Part shown: in pieces, positions 30,283 through 39,882 of the stretch
Position numbering within the stretch: position 1 is the stretch's first letter
Layout of the letters: every line of letters starts with the position of its first letter
Assembly: GCA_037130335.1 (NCBI GenBank)
Contig: JBAXTD010000003.1
Coordinates: forward strand, 1-44,849
Origin: a bacterium
Lineage (GTDB): Bacteria; Patescibacteriota; Minisyncoccia; Phycocordibacterales; UBA9973
Length of the DNA: 44,849 nucleotides
Reading direction: 5' to 3'
The notes under the pieces: model-generated
Told to the model about the DNA's origin: nothing
What the model saw: the letters and a program-made list of their open reading frames with translations, nothing else
Databases searched by the model: none
Position numbers and translations under genes: made by a program

Positions 30283-30418
30283 TCTAATTGCCGTTTCCCA
30301 AATCTCAATATAGTTTCCAATACCTCTTACGTCTTAAATCATATCGCCATAACAAAGTTATGATTTTTTCGCAATCAAACTTTTTGCGGCTACCACACCA
30401 CCGCCGATAAAAAAAGTG

Positions 30419-31774
30419 TTATGACATTTTAATCAGGATATTTTTTAAATCTATAATTTTTTCAGGCAGAGAAATAATTTTATCTGTTTTTGTATCAACA
30501 AGAATCATGATTGGTGTAGAAAGAATGAAATAGCTACTAGCTTCTGGGCTGTTTATGCCACCTTCACACCGGTAATGAATCCAGCCCGACAATGTTTGTG
30601 TTGCTTCATTCCATTTTTGAATTTCTGTATCAGTATTATCAACACTCAAAGCAAAAACAGTAACAAGTTTTTTATTACTTCCTCGCTGAGACCAGAGATA
30701 TAATTTGCTAACCAGTTCTTTACAATGACTGCAATCTGCCGACCAGAATAGTATCAGTTTATATTTACAATCAGTTTTGAAAGAATGAAAGGATACAAAT
30801 TTTCCAGCATCATTTTTATATTGAAAATCCGGCGCGATGATACCCGACTTCATAGTTTCCAATCCTGCCAGTCTCTTTTTAATTTGCTGTTTTTTAGTCG
30901 TCAGGCACATTGAATCATTACTGTACTGTTCCAACATTTTCAAGCCAGATGCCATCCCGTTGGTTTCATAACCAATAAAGAAATAGTCCACCATCCAGCC
31001 ATACACTTTCGGGTGTCCATGTTTTGCTTTCTCAATTGCACGATAACCTGCTAAAGCAAAAAGAGAATCCCGCACATTTGACGTAGAAGATATCGACCCG
31101 TAAAGATTTACATATTTATCCATCCATTCTTTCAGGTGGGATGTTCTTATAATCAGTGGGTCGGAAAAATTAACACCATCAAAATAATGATTGAAAAGAG
31201 TTTGTTCATTATCTGAGTCAATCGGTGGAAGATATTGAAACTGAAATGTTTTACTCATAAAACAATCGTAGTTTAATTTTTGTTGGCTTGCCAGCCAGGC
31301 ATTGTACTCATTTCGTTTCATTTCAAATTCTGTCTTGGTATGCCCCTTCACATATTGCAGTAGGTATTCTTTTTGTGCGGCATTTTCTTTAGTGAACGAT
31401 GCATACAGCGTATTTTCCTTTTCGTTTTTTTGAAAGATGATACGTTTAGAATCTTGTATATCATGTGGGTCAACCCATAATTCTATATCCTGAGTACTTA
31501 CAAACAGATGTTGTTCGCTCGTTTCTCCACATTCATATTTAATGATAAATTCTGACGGAAGCAGTGAATCAGGAATTATAAATGTTGCGGTTGTTCCGTC
31601 TGGAACCTGCATTTCTGAAAATGCTTTGAACGACTTGAGGCCAGCTACCGGTAGCAAGCTAAGCTCGCATTCGTTTACGCCACGCACATGAACGGTTATT
31701 GATTTCCTATGCGACGAGAAATGAGTACATGCAGCCAAAAAAGAAATGAGGAGCAACAATGCCTTGCTTTTCAC
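30419..31774 (-). CDS. Lipoprotein with a C-terminal TlpA/thioredoxin-like domain (Bacteroidota-like)
   Basis: GTG start, lipobox LAAC; G..APDF, FWSADCSHC, Y.I.STP..ILVD. Confidence 0.8.
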   Translation of the reverse strand: MKSKALLLLISFLAACTHFSSHRKSITVHVRGVNECELSLLPVAGLKSFKAFSEMQVPDGTTATFIIPDSLLPSEFIIKYECGETSEQHLFVSTQDIELWVDPHDIQDSKRIIFQKNEKENTLYASFTKENAAQKEYLLQYVKGHTKTEFEMKRNEYNAWLASQQKLNYDCFMSKTFQFQYLPPIDSDNEQTLFNHYFDGVNFSDPLIIRTSHLKEWMDKYVNLYGSISSTSNVRDSLFALAGYRAIEKAKHGHPKVYGWMVDYFFIGYETNGMASGLKMLEQYSNDSMCLTTKKQQIKKRLAGLETMKSGIIAPDFQYKNDAGKFVSFHSFKTDCKYKLILFWSADCSHCKELVSKLYLWSQRGSNKKLVTVFALSVDNTDTEIQKWNEATQTLSGWIHYRCEGGINSPEASSYFILSTPIMILVDTKTDKIISLPEKIIDLKNILIKMS

Positions 31775-31795
31775 AATTGTGTTTTTTCCCCGTCA

Positions 31796-32554
31796 TCAAT
31801 CTTTTATACACCGAATCGGATATGCATTTTTCTTGTTGGGACTCTCTATGTTATTAACCTCATTCGACGCATCTGTGAGATATAAGGCCCAACCGGAACT
31901 TGCATCATGTTGATTGCTCGACCAAAAATAACCGGCACCATAATCCAAACTATATGAAGTATTATATGTCGTATCTGTATTGAGATATGAGGAGTGAAAA
32001 TTAAATATTGAGCCATACGCAGCATCGCCAGTAGTCCACCCACCGTTTGCAAGTACTGTTTTAATTTCAAGTTGCGTGGGCAAGCGCCAACCAGTACCTA
32101 ATAGCAAGGTGCAAGGATCATTTGCTGATTGCCAATCGGCACTTTCATTTATTTGCGAAACCCAAGCAGATGCGGGAGTTAATAAGTATTGATAATACTT
32201 ATAGCCAAGTATGTCAGTGGCAGTATCAACACTTGAGACATACCCTTGTTTCCGGTTAAACTGAAAATACCAACCCGCTGAAGCACGCGAGCTGTCATTA
32301 AACGTTGTTGCCGGATGGTCTGCACCTAAGTTTTGGGTAAGCCAACACTTTGATGTTCCACTAAGGCTTGAACTTACCGTTCCATACTTCACAGTTTTTG
32401 TAACCGGTGCGACACTTCCGGCAGTATGCGTAACTGTTAAGATAGTGCCGCAGGTGAACTGAGTGCCCGTAGGATTGTTTGTTCCATTTTTGCTTTTACT
32501 GCAGCTTAAAAAAATTAAGCAAACTATTGTTGTTAGAATTGGTGATATCTTCAT
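31796..32554 (-). CDS. Lipoprotein with a FISUMP/DUF1566-like domain
   Basis: MKISPIL...FLS-CSKSK; WLTQNLGA, DPC...GWRLPT, GYFWSS, PIRCIKD. Confidence 0.75.
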   Translation of the reverse strand: MKISPILTTIVCLIFLSCSKSKNGTNNPTGTQFTCGTILTVTHTAGSVAPVTKTVKYGTVSSSLSGTSKCWLTQNLGADHPATTFNDSSRASAGWYFQFNRKQGYVSSVDTATDILGYKYYQYLLTPASAWVSQINESADWQSANDPCTLLLGTGWRLPTQLEIKTVLANGGWTTGDAAYGSIFNFHSSYLNTDTTYNTSYSLDYGAGYFWSSNQHDASSGWALYLTDASNEVNNIESPNKKNAYPIRCIKD

Positions 32555-32619
32555 AAAAAATGTGATTTTTTGTAAGGGCGAAATAATCACATATCTTTGT
32601 CATAGAGATTTTTTTTGCA

Positions 32620-32656
32620 TTGTGTTTTACAAGCAGATTGGTTGTATTTTACAACC
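32620..32656. promoter_or_regulatory. Tandem palindromic operator TTGTRTTTTACAA x2 between the divergent lipoprotein operon and XRE gene
   Basis: ttgtgttttacaa 32620-32632 and (gg)ttgtattttacaa(cc) 32640-32656, 22 bp apart, downstream of TATCTTTG (32592-32599). Confidence 0.55.
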
Positions 32657-32671
32657 CCAACAGAAAATAAT

Positions 32672-33067
32672 ATGGAAATACCTAAAGTCAAAGCGAATCA
32701 TATCGGCAAGAAAATTGAACGAATCCGGGAACTTCGTGGAATGAAGCAAGATACGTTGGCACATGGGCTAGGTATCTCTCAGCAAGCAGTTTCTAAAATG
32801 GAACAGAGCAAAGAAATTGACGATGAAAAGCTACTCAAAGTAGCTGAGATATTAGGGGTTACGGTAGATGCGATCAAAAATTTTAATGAAGATTCCGTAT
32901 TGAACCTTATTCAGAATAACAACGATAATTCAGCCAACAATTCATTGATCGCCTATCAATTTAATCCTATCGAAAAAATTGTAGAACTATATGAACGTTT
33001 GCTTACCAGCGAGAAGCAGAAAGTTGAATTGTTGGAATCACTTCTCAAAAACAAGGATAAAAAATAA
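32672..33067 (+). CDS. XRE-family HTH regulator (Bacteroidota-type)
   Basis: HIGKKIERIRELRGMKQDTLA..LGISQQAVSKMEQ...FNPIEKIVELYERLL. Confidence 0.9.
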   Translation: MEIPKVKANHIGKKIERIRELRGMKQDTLAHGLGISQQAVSKMEQSKEIDDEKLLKVAEILGVTVDAIKNFNEDSVLNLIQNNNDNSANNSLIAYQFNPIEKIVELYERLLTSEKQKVELLESLLKNKDKK

Positions 33068-33091
33068 AACCCAGTTTTTCACCGGGTTTTT
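33066..33091. terminator. Bidirectional terminator
   Basis: aaaacccag...ccgggttttt between convergent genes. Confidence 0.6.
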
Positions 33092-33093
33092 GT

Positions 33094-33405
33094 TTAATAC
33101 TCCCAACTAAACAAGAGCGTGCAATAATTTTCTTCAGGGCTATATGTTCCACTCTCAATTATTTCCTTTTTGAGCTGGTCAATGATGTACACCTTATCTC
33201 CTTTGTCATTGAAATAAATTTGCAAATAATCTGCTCCGTTGTTTTCCATGACGAACAATTGTAAGTCGAGATAAATTGCCGCGATTTCATTGGACGTTAA
33301 TGAGCTAATGACGGCTTGTGTAACAAGCAAATGCCCGGAGAAAAAATATGTACCTGCTTGTTCTTGTGGTTTGTGAATCCAAAGACTATTCCCCTCCATC
33401 TTCAT
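33094..33405 (-). CDS. Small mobile-element protein overlapping the ardC stop (DUF960-like?)
   Basis: VTQAV...GADYLQIY...TLLF..EY; the family assignment is tentative. Confidence 0.65.
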   Translation of the reverse strand: MKMEGNSLWIHKPQEQAGTYFFSGHLLVTQAVISSLTSNEIAAIYLDLQLFVMENNGADYLQIYFNDKGDKVYIIDQLKKEIIESGTYSPEENYCTLLFSWEY

Positions 33406-34276
33406 TCTGTTTTACATTAAGTATGAAATCAGTAGCTTTTTGTGATTGATGCGATGCAGTGAAAATAAAACGCTTGTCGTTTTTAAGACGTTGCAACCAG
33501 CCTTGGATATAGGCCCCGCTTTGCTCAAATTCTTTAGTAATACCAGTGAATGATTGCAAATAACAAGTTCCGATTTCGGCAACTAATTCCTCCAATGAAT
33601 ATGTTTCATCGCCAAACCGTGCATTGTTAACCAATGATTGCCTGTTGAGGCGGGATTCATGACCGGTACTATGTACCAGTTCATGGAACAACGTGGAATA
33701 GTAGCTTGCGTCAGATTTGAAACTTTTTTTCTTCGGTATGTTTACAAAATCCTCTTTAGGATGGTAGTAGGCTCTTTGTTCCTTGTGCTTAATCACTGGG
33801 CATTGCGGCATGTTTTGAACCACCGATTCACAACTTGGAATTTCTTTTACTTCCCGATCTTTTGTGGATAAAAAACGCTCCGGTATGTTTTCGCATTGAC
33901 TCACATTGAAAACAATATAGTAGCGTAAAATGGCTTTTTTCTGCGAGGAACTATTTTCAACGTCTTGAATCGAATTCTGATTGTTCTTAACCACGTCCCA
34001 AAAAACAACCATGTGGCCTTTTTCCCCTTTCTTTACTTTTCCACCGATTTCATTCAATTGTTTAAACGTAAGAAAGCTGTTATCAGGATATCCTGCGGAA
34101 CCGAGTAGCATGATATTGATTCCCCGGTATGATTTGCCGGACATTAAATTTTTCGGCAGTCCGCCATCGCTCCACGGTATGAGCCAAGGCACCGTTCCCT
34201 TTTCAAGTTGCTCAATAATTTTTTGATTGATTATGGCATACACATCTTTTCGTGCGTTGCCTGTTTGGTTTTCCAT
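33386..34276 (-). CDS. ardC: ArdC-family antirestriction protein (ssDNA-binding domain + zincin-like domain)
   Basis: II..LEKG..PW..PW, N..SGKSYRGIN, TFKQ...GG.VKKGEKG, YYSTLFHELVHSTGH..RLNR, YSLEELVAE. Confidence 0.93.
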   Translation of the reverse strand: MENQTGNARKDVYAIINQKIIEQLEKGTVPWLIPWSDGGLPKNLMSGKSYRGINIMLLGSAGYPDNSFLTFKQLNEIGGKVKKGEKGHMVVFWDVVKNNQNSIQDVENSSSQKKAILRYYIVFNVSQCENIPERFLSTKDREVKEIPSCESVVQNMPQCPVIKHKEQRAYYHPKEDFVNIPKKKSFKSDASYYSTLFHELVHSTGHESRLNRQSLVNNARFGDETYSLEELVAEIGTCYLQSFTGITKEFEQSGAYIQGWLQRLKNDKRFIFTASHQSQKATDFILNVKQNEDGGE

Positions 34277-34354
34277 GTTCTACGTTTTACTGTTAATGAA
34301 TATTGATTTCAAAAACAGTGTAGAAAATCGGAGGATGGATTATAAGATAGTCAG

Positions 34355-34374
34355 ATTTACCATTTATGGTAAAT
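34355..34374. promoter_or_regulatory. Perfect palindrome ATTTACCAT-tt-ATGGTAAAT upstream of ardC
   Basis: 9-bp arms; same motif as at 22001-22086, 42728 and 43447. Confidence 0.75.
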
Positions 34375-34384
34375 GGCAGTATGG

Positions 34385-34564
34385 CTATCTTGTTTGTTCA
34401 CTTAAAATTTTCTTTAATTTTTCTTTCGTCAGCCGATCAACTTCGTATTTATCAAGCAGGTAATTGCCGACACTCACACCATTAGTACGTTGCTCTTTGA
34501 GTAAATCAATCACAAGTTTGGTAAAGATTTCATTTTGAATTTGTATGATTTCAACTTCGGTCAT
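34385..34564 (-). CDS. Small hypothetical protein
   Basis: Likely start MTEVE at 34564, preceded by TATCTTTG on the minus strand (34594-34601). Confidence 0.55.
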   Translation of the reverse strand: MTEVEIIQIQNEIFTKLVIDLLKEQRTNGVSVGNYLLDKYEVDRLTKEKLKKILSEQTR

Positions 34565-34918
34565 TAGTGCAGAATTATTTAGACTGTAAAGCGCAAAGAT
34601 AGGCACTCCCTTCGTGCATACAAGGTCAGCACTTCGTAATTGCTCCGTTTGCGTGTTTATAAAAAACAATCTCCAGACGACATATTTTTGCCGATAGAAA
34701 GATTTATTTCGCTCGTATTCTTTTTCATAAAACCTTGTATTGCATTTCAGGCAGGGCTTAGTGGTTGCTTATCACCGTCTAAAGAATTCGTGTAGTCTAA
34801 ACGAGAAAATGCAAGAATTTTTTTTAGAAAATATCCTCCGCATTATTGAAAAATCAGAAAGTTTGTATTTTTATATACCGCTATTCTCCATTTTTTCACC
34901 CTCTAAAAATTACCGTGT

Positions 34919-35440
34919 ATGTTCTATCTTTTAATCCTCGTATTGATAATCATTGTTGTAATAATTATCAGAAACAAAAACCGATTCATCAGCCAAACCC
35001 CTTGGCAACATTTTTTCGATGGCGCTCAATTCTCCACACAAGAGTTCTATAAGAATGTGGAGGAAGGAATAAAAAAGCGCAATATTCCTGGTATCAGTTT
35101 TGATCGTGAATCATTTTCCGAAACTCATATCCTATCAACCCGGAGAGAATACCTGCGGATCACTCGGGGTGAATATGTGTTTTTTGTTTCAATGACCCCG
35201 TTTGGCTCTGGCTCTTTTGCCTCTTATTGGATGTGCGTTAAACCCGAAGGGATTTTAAATACGATCCCGTTCGCAAACAAACTGATTGGAAAAGACAGGA
35301 GCGATAAGACATTCTACCAGATGGACAGCGAGCAAATGTACAAGTCTGTAATTCATACGGCAGTGCTTGATGAACTTGATTCTATAACCAAAGCACAAGG
35401 CATTCGTGGGCTAACTGAAAGTGAAAAAGAAATTAAGTAG
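34919..35440 (+). CDS. Membrane-anchored hypothetical protein, operonic with the VirD4-like gene
   Basis: Strong N-terminal TM; ends 8 nt before 35449. Confidence 0.8.
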   Translation: MFYLLILVLIIIVVIIIRNKNRFISQTPWQHFFDGAQFSTQEFYKNVEEGIKKRNIPGISFDRESFSETHILSTRREYLRITRGEYVFFVSMTPFGSGSFASYWMCVKPEGILNTIPFANKLIGKDRSDKTFYQMDSEQMYKSVIHTAVLDELDSITKAQGIRGLTESEKEIK

Positions 35441-35448
35441 GTTGAATA

Positions 35449-38400
35449 ATGAATCAAACCGTTTCAAAGGAATTAACGTCCCGTTTCTATCAATGGGAAA
35501 TACGGGGACGTGGCAGACACGTCTTTGACTTCCCCGTTGAACTTGAACCGGAATTTTATCCTTTCCTTGGACACTATATTTCTACGCCCCAGGTCGCGGA
35601 CGATGGCATTAGCAAATCACTTTTCAACAAAGCTGTTGGCCTATTCAAACCAAAGCAAAAAGTTGAGATTGATGAATCAACAACAATACCCACGGTATCT
35701 GGATATGAATTCGAATGTGATGAAGAAATATCGGTGTTCGAAATCGTATTACCTAAAGGAGAAAAATTTCAGATGCGGGACATGGAGCAGTTATTAATCA
35801 TGCTCTCATACACTCACTTCCCCATCAGTTTTGAAATCATTGGAACCGAAACTTCGATCAATATTCAATTCGCTTGCCGTGAGACAGACGAGGAACATAT
35901 GTTCAGTCAGGTACACGCATACTTTCATTCTGCCATCATTACGAGGCAAGATAAAGATGCAGAAATTCTCACAAGTGGTTTACAAACTTGTGTCATTGAT
36001 TTTGGTTTAGCAGAAGAATTTATGCGCCCGATCTGTATGGCGGAAGAAGTCGGTCAAGACCCGTTCATCGGGATTTTTGCCAGCCTTGAACACCTCGCAA
36101 AAGATGAACAAGGTGTAATACAAATACTTTTCAAAGGTGCAGTGAATCCGTGGAGTACCAGTATTATTAAATCAGTCACAGACAATAAAGGAGGTTCATT
36201 TTTTTCAAATGCGCCTGAAATGGTAAAGCTTGCCCAGGACAAAATTTCTTCCCCTTTGTACGCAGTTAGTATTAAAGTCGCTGGACAATCAACAACCAAC
36301 AGACGTGCGGTAGAAATTGTAAAAAATATCGGTAATGTATTAGTTCTGTTGACCAGTTCCAAGGGAAATAAACTACAGATTCTTACGCAAGAGGGATATG
36401 ATATTGATGAATTGCTTAGTGATATTTACTTACGAGAATCGCACCGGCTGGGAATGATATTAAACACCCGAGAACTTGCTACGTTAGTACACTTCCCTAC
36501 ACCGGGAATATTTTCTTCAAAGATTATCCGACATACAAAGAAAACCAAAGCCGCACCAGATAGCACACACGGACAAAAATTCATACTTGGGTTAAACACG
36601 TATCATGGAGTACACAGACTTGTGAGCATTCCCGAAAGTTTGCGCCTGCGGCACACGCATATCATCGGCGCAACAGGCACCGGCAAATCTACCTTGTTGC
36701 TCTACATGATCGCGCAGGACATGAAGCAAAGCAACGGGTTAGCAGTATTAGACCCGCACGGAGATTTGATTGAATCCATCCTTGCGCATGTGCCTAAGGA
36801 ACGCATCAATGATGTTATCTTAATCGACCCAGCAGATGCAGATTTTCCGGTTGGGTTCAATATTCTCTCTGCTCATTCAGAAATTGAGAAAGATATATTG
36901 TCCTCTGATTTAGTGGCAGCATTCAAAAGGTTAAGCACCAGTTGGGGCGACCAAATGAACAGTGTACTTTCAAATGCAATCCTTGCGTTTTTGGAAAGCC
37001 CCCAGGGTGGCACGCTTGTTGACCTTCGCAGGTTTTTAGTTGAGACCTCTTTTAGAAACGCATATCTCAAAACAGTTGCTGACCCGCATGTGGTATACTA
37101 TTGGCAGCATGAATATCCGTTACTGAAATCAAGTTCAATCGGCTCAATCCTTACACGATTAGACACGTTCCTACGCCCGAAACTAATACGCAACATGGTT
37201 GCGCAAAAGAAGGGGCTTGATTTCGAAAATATCCTTGATACCCGAAAGATATTGTTAGTGAAATTATCGCAAGGCTTAATTGGTGCGGAAAACAGTTTCT
37301 TGCTTGGTACATTTTTCGTTTCCAAAATGTACCAGGCTGCGATGGCACGACAAGCCAAAAGTAAAGCCGACCGCAGTAACTTCTATCTCTACATTGATGA
37401 GTTTCAGAATTTCATAACCCCGTCAATGTCGCATATCTTAAGTGGTGCGAGAAAATATCACTTGGGCTTGATATTGGCACATCAAGACATGCAGCAGTTG
37501 CAAAAGTATGACAGCGAACTTGCCAGCTCTGTTACCGTCAATGCCGGAACAAGGATATGTTTTAGGTTGGGTGATACCGATGCAAAGCGCTTTGCGGGTG
37601 GCTTCTCATACTTCGATGCAGAGGATTTGGAGAACTTGAAAATTGGCGAGGCTATCATGCGAATTGAGCAGCCTAATTTCGATTTCAATCTTTCAACACT
37701 ACCTGTACAGGAGTTTGATGAGTATGAGGCAGATGTTACAGCAAAGTTGGTTATTGCAACATCACGGGAGAAGTGTGGGACACCGAGGGCCGAGGTAGAA
37801 AAAAGTATAGAGAATCTCAGTCATTTGCCAAAAGAGCGGGAGCCAGAACTTTTGCCTATTAGGATTGTGCCGGAAGCACCGCCACCAGGGCCTGAACCAA
37901 TACCCGCGCCGATCAAACCTGTTGAGATACAAAGAGAATCATTATATGAACCTGTGCTAGTTGTAGCAGCACAGGAAGTGCCGCCGACAGCACTTACTCC
38001 CGAACCTCCAGCAGAGCCATTTAAACCTGTTGAAGTACCAAGAAAAGTAGCGCCCGGTAAAAAGGCAAAAACAGAACACAGATATTTACAGACGTTTATT
38101 AAACGAATGGCTGAATCAAGAGGTTACAAAGCCATTATTGAGGAAAGTACACCGGATGGCAAAGGTAGAGTTGACGTGAGCCTTGAAAGAAATGGCAAAA
38201 AGATTGCGATTGAAATATCTGTTACAACCGGTGATGAATGGGAGGCGCATAACGTGCAAAAATGTTTAGCTGCTGGATATGACGAAGTGATTGTTTGTAG
38301 TAGCGAAATTAAAAATTTGCAGCGTATCAGAGAGCAACTTGAAATCAAACTAACTAAAAAGCAGCTTGCTAAAGTGTTGACTTTTGAACCTCAGGAAGTC

Positions 38401-38499
38401 ATTCAATATTTTGACAAACAGATTATGCAAGAAAGCACTAAGGAAAAGTTGGTGAAAGGATACAGGGTGAAAGTTGAGTTTGATAGCCCAACTGATTAA
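35449..38499 (+). CDS. VirD4/TraD-like ATPase 'A' with a long N-terminal domain, Pro-rich linker and C-terminal PD-(D/E)xK-like domain
   Basis: GATGTGKST, LDPHG, YIDEFQNF, SGARKY, AHQ; C-terminal EH..LQ..IK...GY...EE...GRVDV...IAIEIS. Confidence 0.87.
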   Translation: MNQTVSKELTSRFYQWEIRGRGRHVFDFPVELEPEFYPFLGHYISTPQVADDGISKSLFNKAVGLFKPKQKVEIDESTTIPTVSGYEFECDEEISVFEIVLPKGEKFQMRDMEQLLIMLSYTHFPISFEIIGTETSINIQFACRETDEEHMFSQVHAYFHSAIITRQDKDAEILTSGLQTCVIDFGLAEEFMRPICMAEEVGQDPFIGIFASLEHLAKDEQGVIQILFKGAVNPWSTSIIKSVTDNKGGSFFSNAPEMVKLAQDKISSPLYAVSIKVAGQSTTNRRAVEIVKNIGNVLVLLTSSKGNKLQILTQEGYDIDELLSDIYLRESHRLGMILNTRELATLVHFPTPGIFSSKIIRHTKKTKAAPDSTHGQKFILGLNTYHGVHRLVSIPESLRLRHTHIIGATGTGKSTLLLYMIAQDMKQSNGLAVLDPHGDLIESILAHVPKERINDVILIDPADADFPVGFNILSAHSEIEKDILSSDLVAAFKRLSTSWGDQMNSVLSNAILAFLESPQGGTLVDLRRFLVETSFRNAYLKTVADPHVVYYWQHEYPLLKSSSIGSILTRLDTFLRPKLIRNMVAQKKGLDFENILDTRKILLVKLSQGLIGAENSFLLGTFFVSKMYQAAMARQAKSKADRSNFYLYIDEFQNFITPSMSHILSGARKYHLGLILAHQDMQQLQKYDSELASSVTVNAGTRICFRLGDTDAKRFAGGFSYFDAEDLENLKIGEAIMRIEQPNFDFNLSTLPVQEFDEYEADVTAKLVIATSREKCGTPRAEVEKSIENLSHLPKEREPELLPIRIVPEAPPPGPEPIPAPIKPVEIQRESLYEPVLVVAAQEVPPTALTPEPPAEPFKPVEVPRKVAPGKKAKTEHRYLQTFIKRMAESRGYKAIIEESTPDGKGRVDVSLERNGKKIAIEISVTTGDEWEAHNVQKCLAAGYDEVIVCSSEIKNLQRIREQLEIKLTKKQLAKVLTFEPQEVIQYFDKQIMQESTKEKLVKGYRVKVEFDSPTD

Positions 38500-38563
38500 G
38501 GATGTGCTGAGATAATCGAAAATTGCAAAAACGCCTCCGAAGTCAAAGCAGAAGGAAAAATAG

Positions 38564-39043
38564 TTAATGAGAAGTAACTGGAATTACTGGCATACTAGCT
38601 AATAATTCTTTGCTAGTTTTTAAATGAGCTTCTTGTTCTTTCAATTGATTTTCGCCCGTTAAGATTAGTTCTTTCATTTGTTCATCGAGAGATTTTGTGT
38701 TGGTTGTATTTGATATTCTTCCTGTTGGTATTTTTGTCGGTTCTGTCTTGTCTAATTTATCCGGTTGAAGTTTCTCTTCCACGGCATCTAAATTATTATC
38801 CTCGGAATTTACTATAGGATTAGGCTGATAATAACCAACTGGGGAGGAGGGTATTTCTTGCACGGGGGTAGCGGTAATTCCTGGGCTTGTATTGCCCTGG
38901 TATATTATATAAATATCTCTACCGGTAATTCCCATAAAGGCAGCGACACTAAAAAGGATGGCGGCAACACCAAAAATAATAGTTACACGCAAATTCTTTT
39001 TTGCAATCAGAGTATTCTCTTCGTCTTTATATTTTGTATTCAT
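38564..39043 (-). CDS. Hypothetical single-TM protein (cassette 1)
   Basis: One TM, Pro/Thr-rich linker, C-terminal coiled coil; likely start MNTKY. Confidence 0.65.
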   Translation of the reverse strand: MNTKYKDEENTLIAKKNLRVTIIFGVAAILFSVAAFMGITGRDIYIIYQGNTSPGITATPVQEIPSSPVGYYQPNPIVNSEDNNLDAVEEKLQPDKLDKTEPTKIPTGRISNTTNTKSLDEQMKELILTGENQLKEQEAHLKTSKELLASMPVIPVTSH

Positions 39044-39245
39044 ATAGCAATAATTGAAAAACAAAATTAGGATTCCGATTTCACATTGCTTTTAAAAACA
39101 TAAAATATATTTGGATTAAGCCGTAGCGGAATAATTGATTGTAGTGGTAACAATGTAATTCGGTTTACCAAAGACCCATAATTGTTTGCGCATAAAAAAA
39201 CCTTCTTAATTGCCATAAGCAACAAAGAAGGTCTCGATACCGCAA

Positions 39246-39407
39246 TCATTTTTTTGAAACGACACGGTGAATGAAATACCCGAAGGCCATTACTGTTGGG
39301 AATGTACCAAAAAGGGCAGTAAAAATGTGATGCACCATAATTTGGAAAATTATACCAGTCGCGCCGAGTGCTACTATTAGTAGCAAACCGAGTGTTTTTA
39401 AGGACAT
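39246..39407 (-). CDS. Small 2-TM protein, 53 aa (cassette 1)
   Basis: MSLKTLGLLLIVALG...; directly downstream of a perfect sigma70 promoter. Confidence 0.65.
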   Translation of the reverse strand: MSLKTLGLLLIVALGATGIIFQIMVHHIFTALFGTFPTVMAFGYFIHRVVSKK

Positions 39408-39425
39408 ATATTTAGATTTGCGTAT

Positions 39426-39454
39426 ATTATATCGCCCCAAACCCACTTTGTCAA
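39426..39454 (-). promoter_or_regulatory. Perfect consensus sigma70 promoter
   Basis: TTGACA-17-TATAAT on the minus strand. Confidence 0.85.
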
Positions 39455-39469
39455 GCACATATAATGACC

Positions 39470-39585
39470 TTATATCTCCTCACTTTTCGCACTAATTGCT
39501 TGCGATGTAGTCCCATCTATCATAAGCTTTAAATGCATTATGCGATCCTTGCAGGATTCACCGTATCAATCGCCTCAAACACCAG
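39470..39585 (-). pseudogene. Degenerate copy of the 3' end of VirD4-like gene B (41494-42681)
   Basis: Reads VFEAIDTVNPAR, then a frameshift, then MHLKLMIDGTTSQAISAKSEEI*, versus VFEAIDLVNLARFSMYLKIMIDGASSAPFSAYS; atcaatcgcctcaaa is identical at 39565 and 41599. Confidence 0.85.
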
Positions 39586-39821
39586 TGAGGAGTGGGAGGC
39601 GCATAACGTGTAAATATTTAGCTGTCGGATATGACGAAGTGATTGTTTGTAGTAGCGAAATCAACCATTTGCAGCGTACTAGAGAGCAGCTTGAAACCAA
39701 ACTTTAAAAAGTGTTGACCCTTGAACCTCAAGAAGTAATTCGGTTTTTTGATAAACAGATTGTACAGAAAAGCAGTAAGTGAAAGGTTGTTAAAGGGTAC
39801 AGAGCGAAAATTGAGTTTGAT
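39581..39821 (+). pseudogene. Degenerate copy of the 3' end of VirD4-like gene A (38227-38484)
   Basis: Shared blocks tgggaggcgcataacgtg, ggatatgacgaagtgattgtttgtagtagcgaaat, atttgcagcgta, ttgaacctca, ttgagtttgat, with indels and stops. Confidence 0.92.
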
Positions 39822-39882
39822 CCATGAACAAATTAAGAGACTGCTCTGTTTGTATTCGAATACACAATCAGAGTTAAACAAA

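Noticed and set aside
39067-39249. 60-aa ORF overlapping the small TM gene stop (ATGA)
   Set aside because: The overlap is suggestive, but the sequence has no recognisable features; could be real or decayed, so not called
38227-39821. A/A' repeat pair as a DGR template and variable repeat
   Set aside because: Differences are not adenine-specific and include indels; no reverse transcriptase in the window
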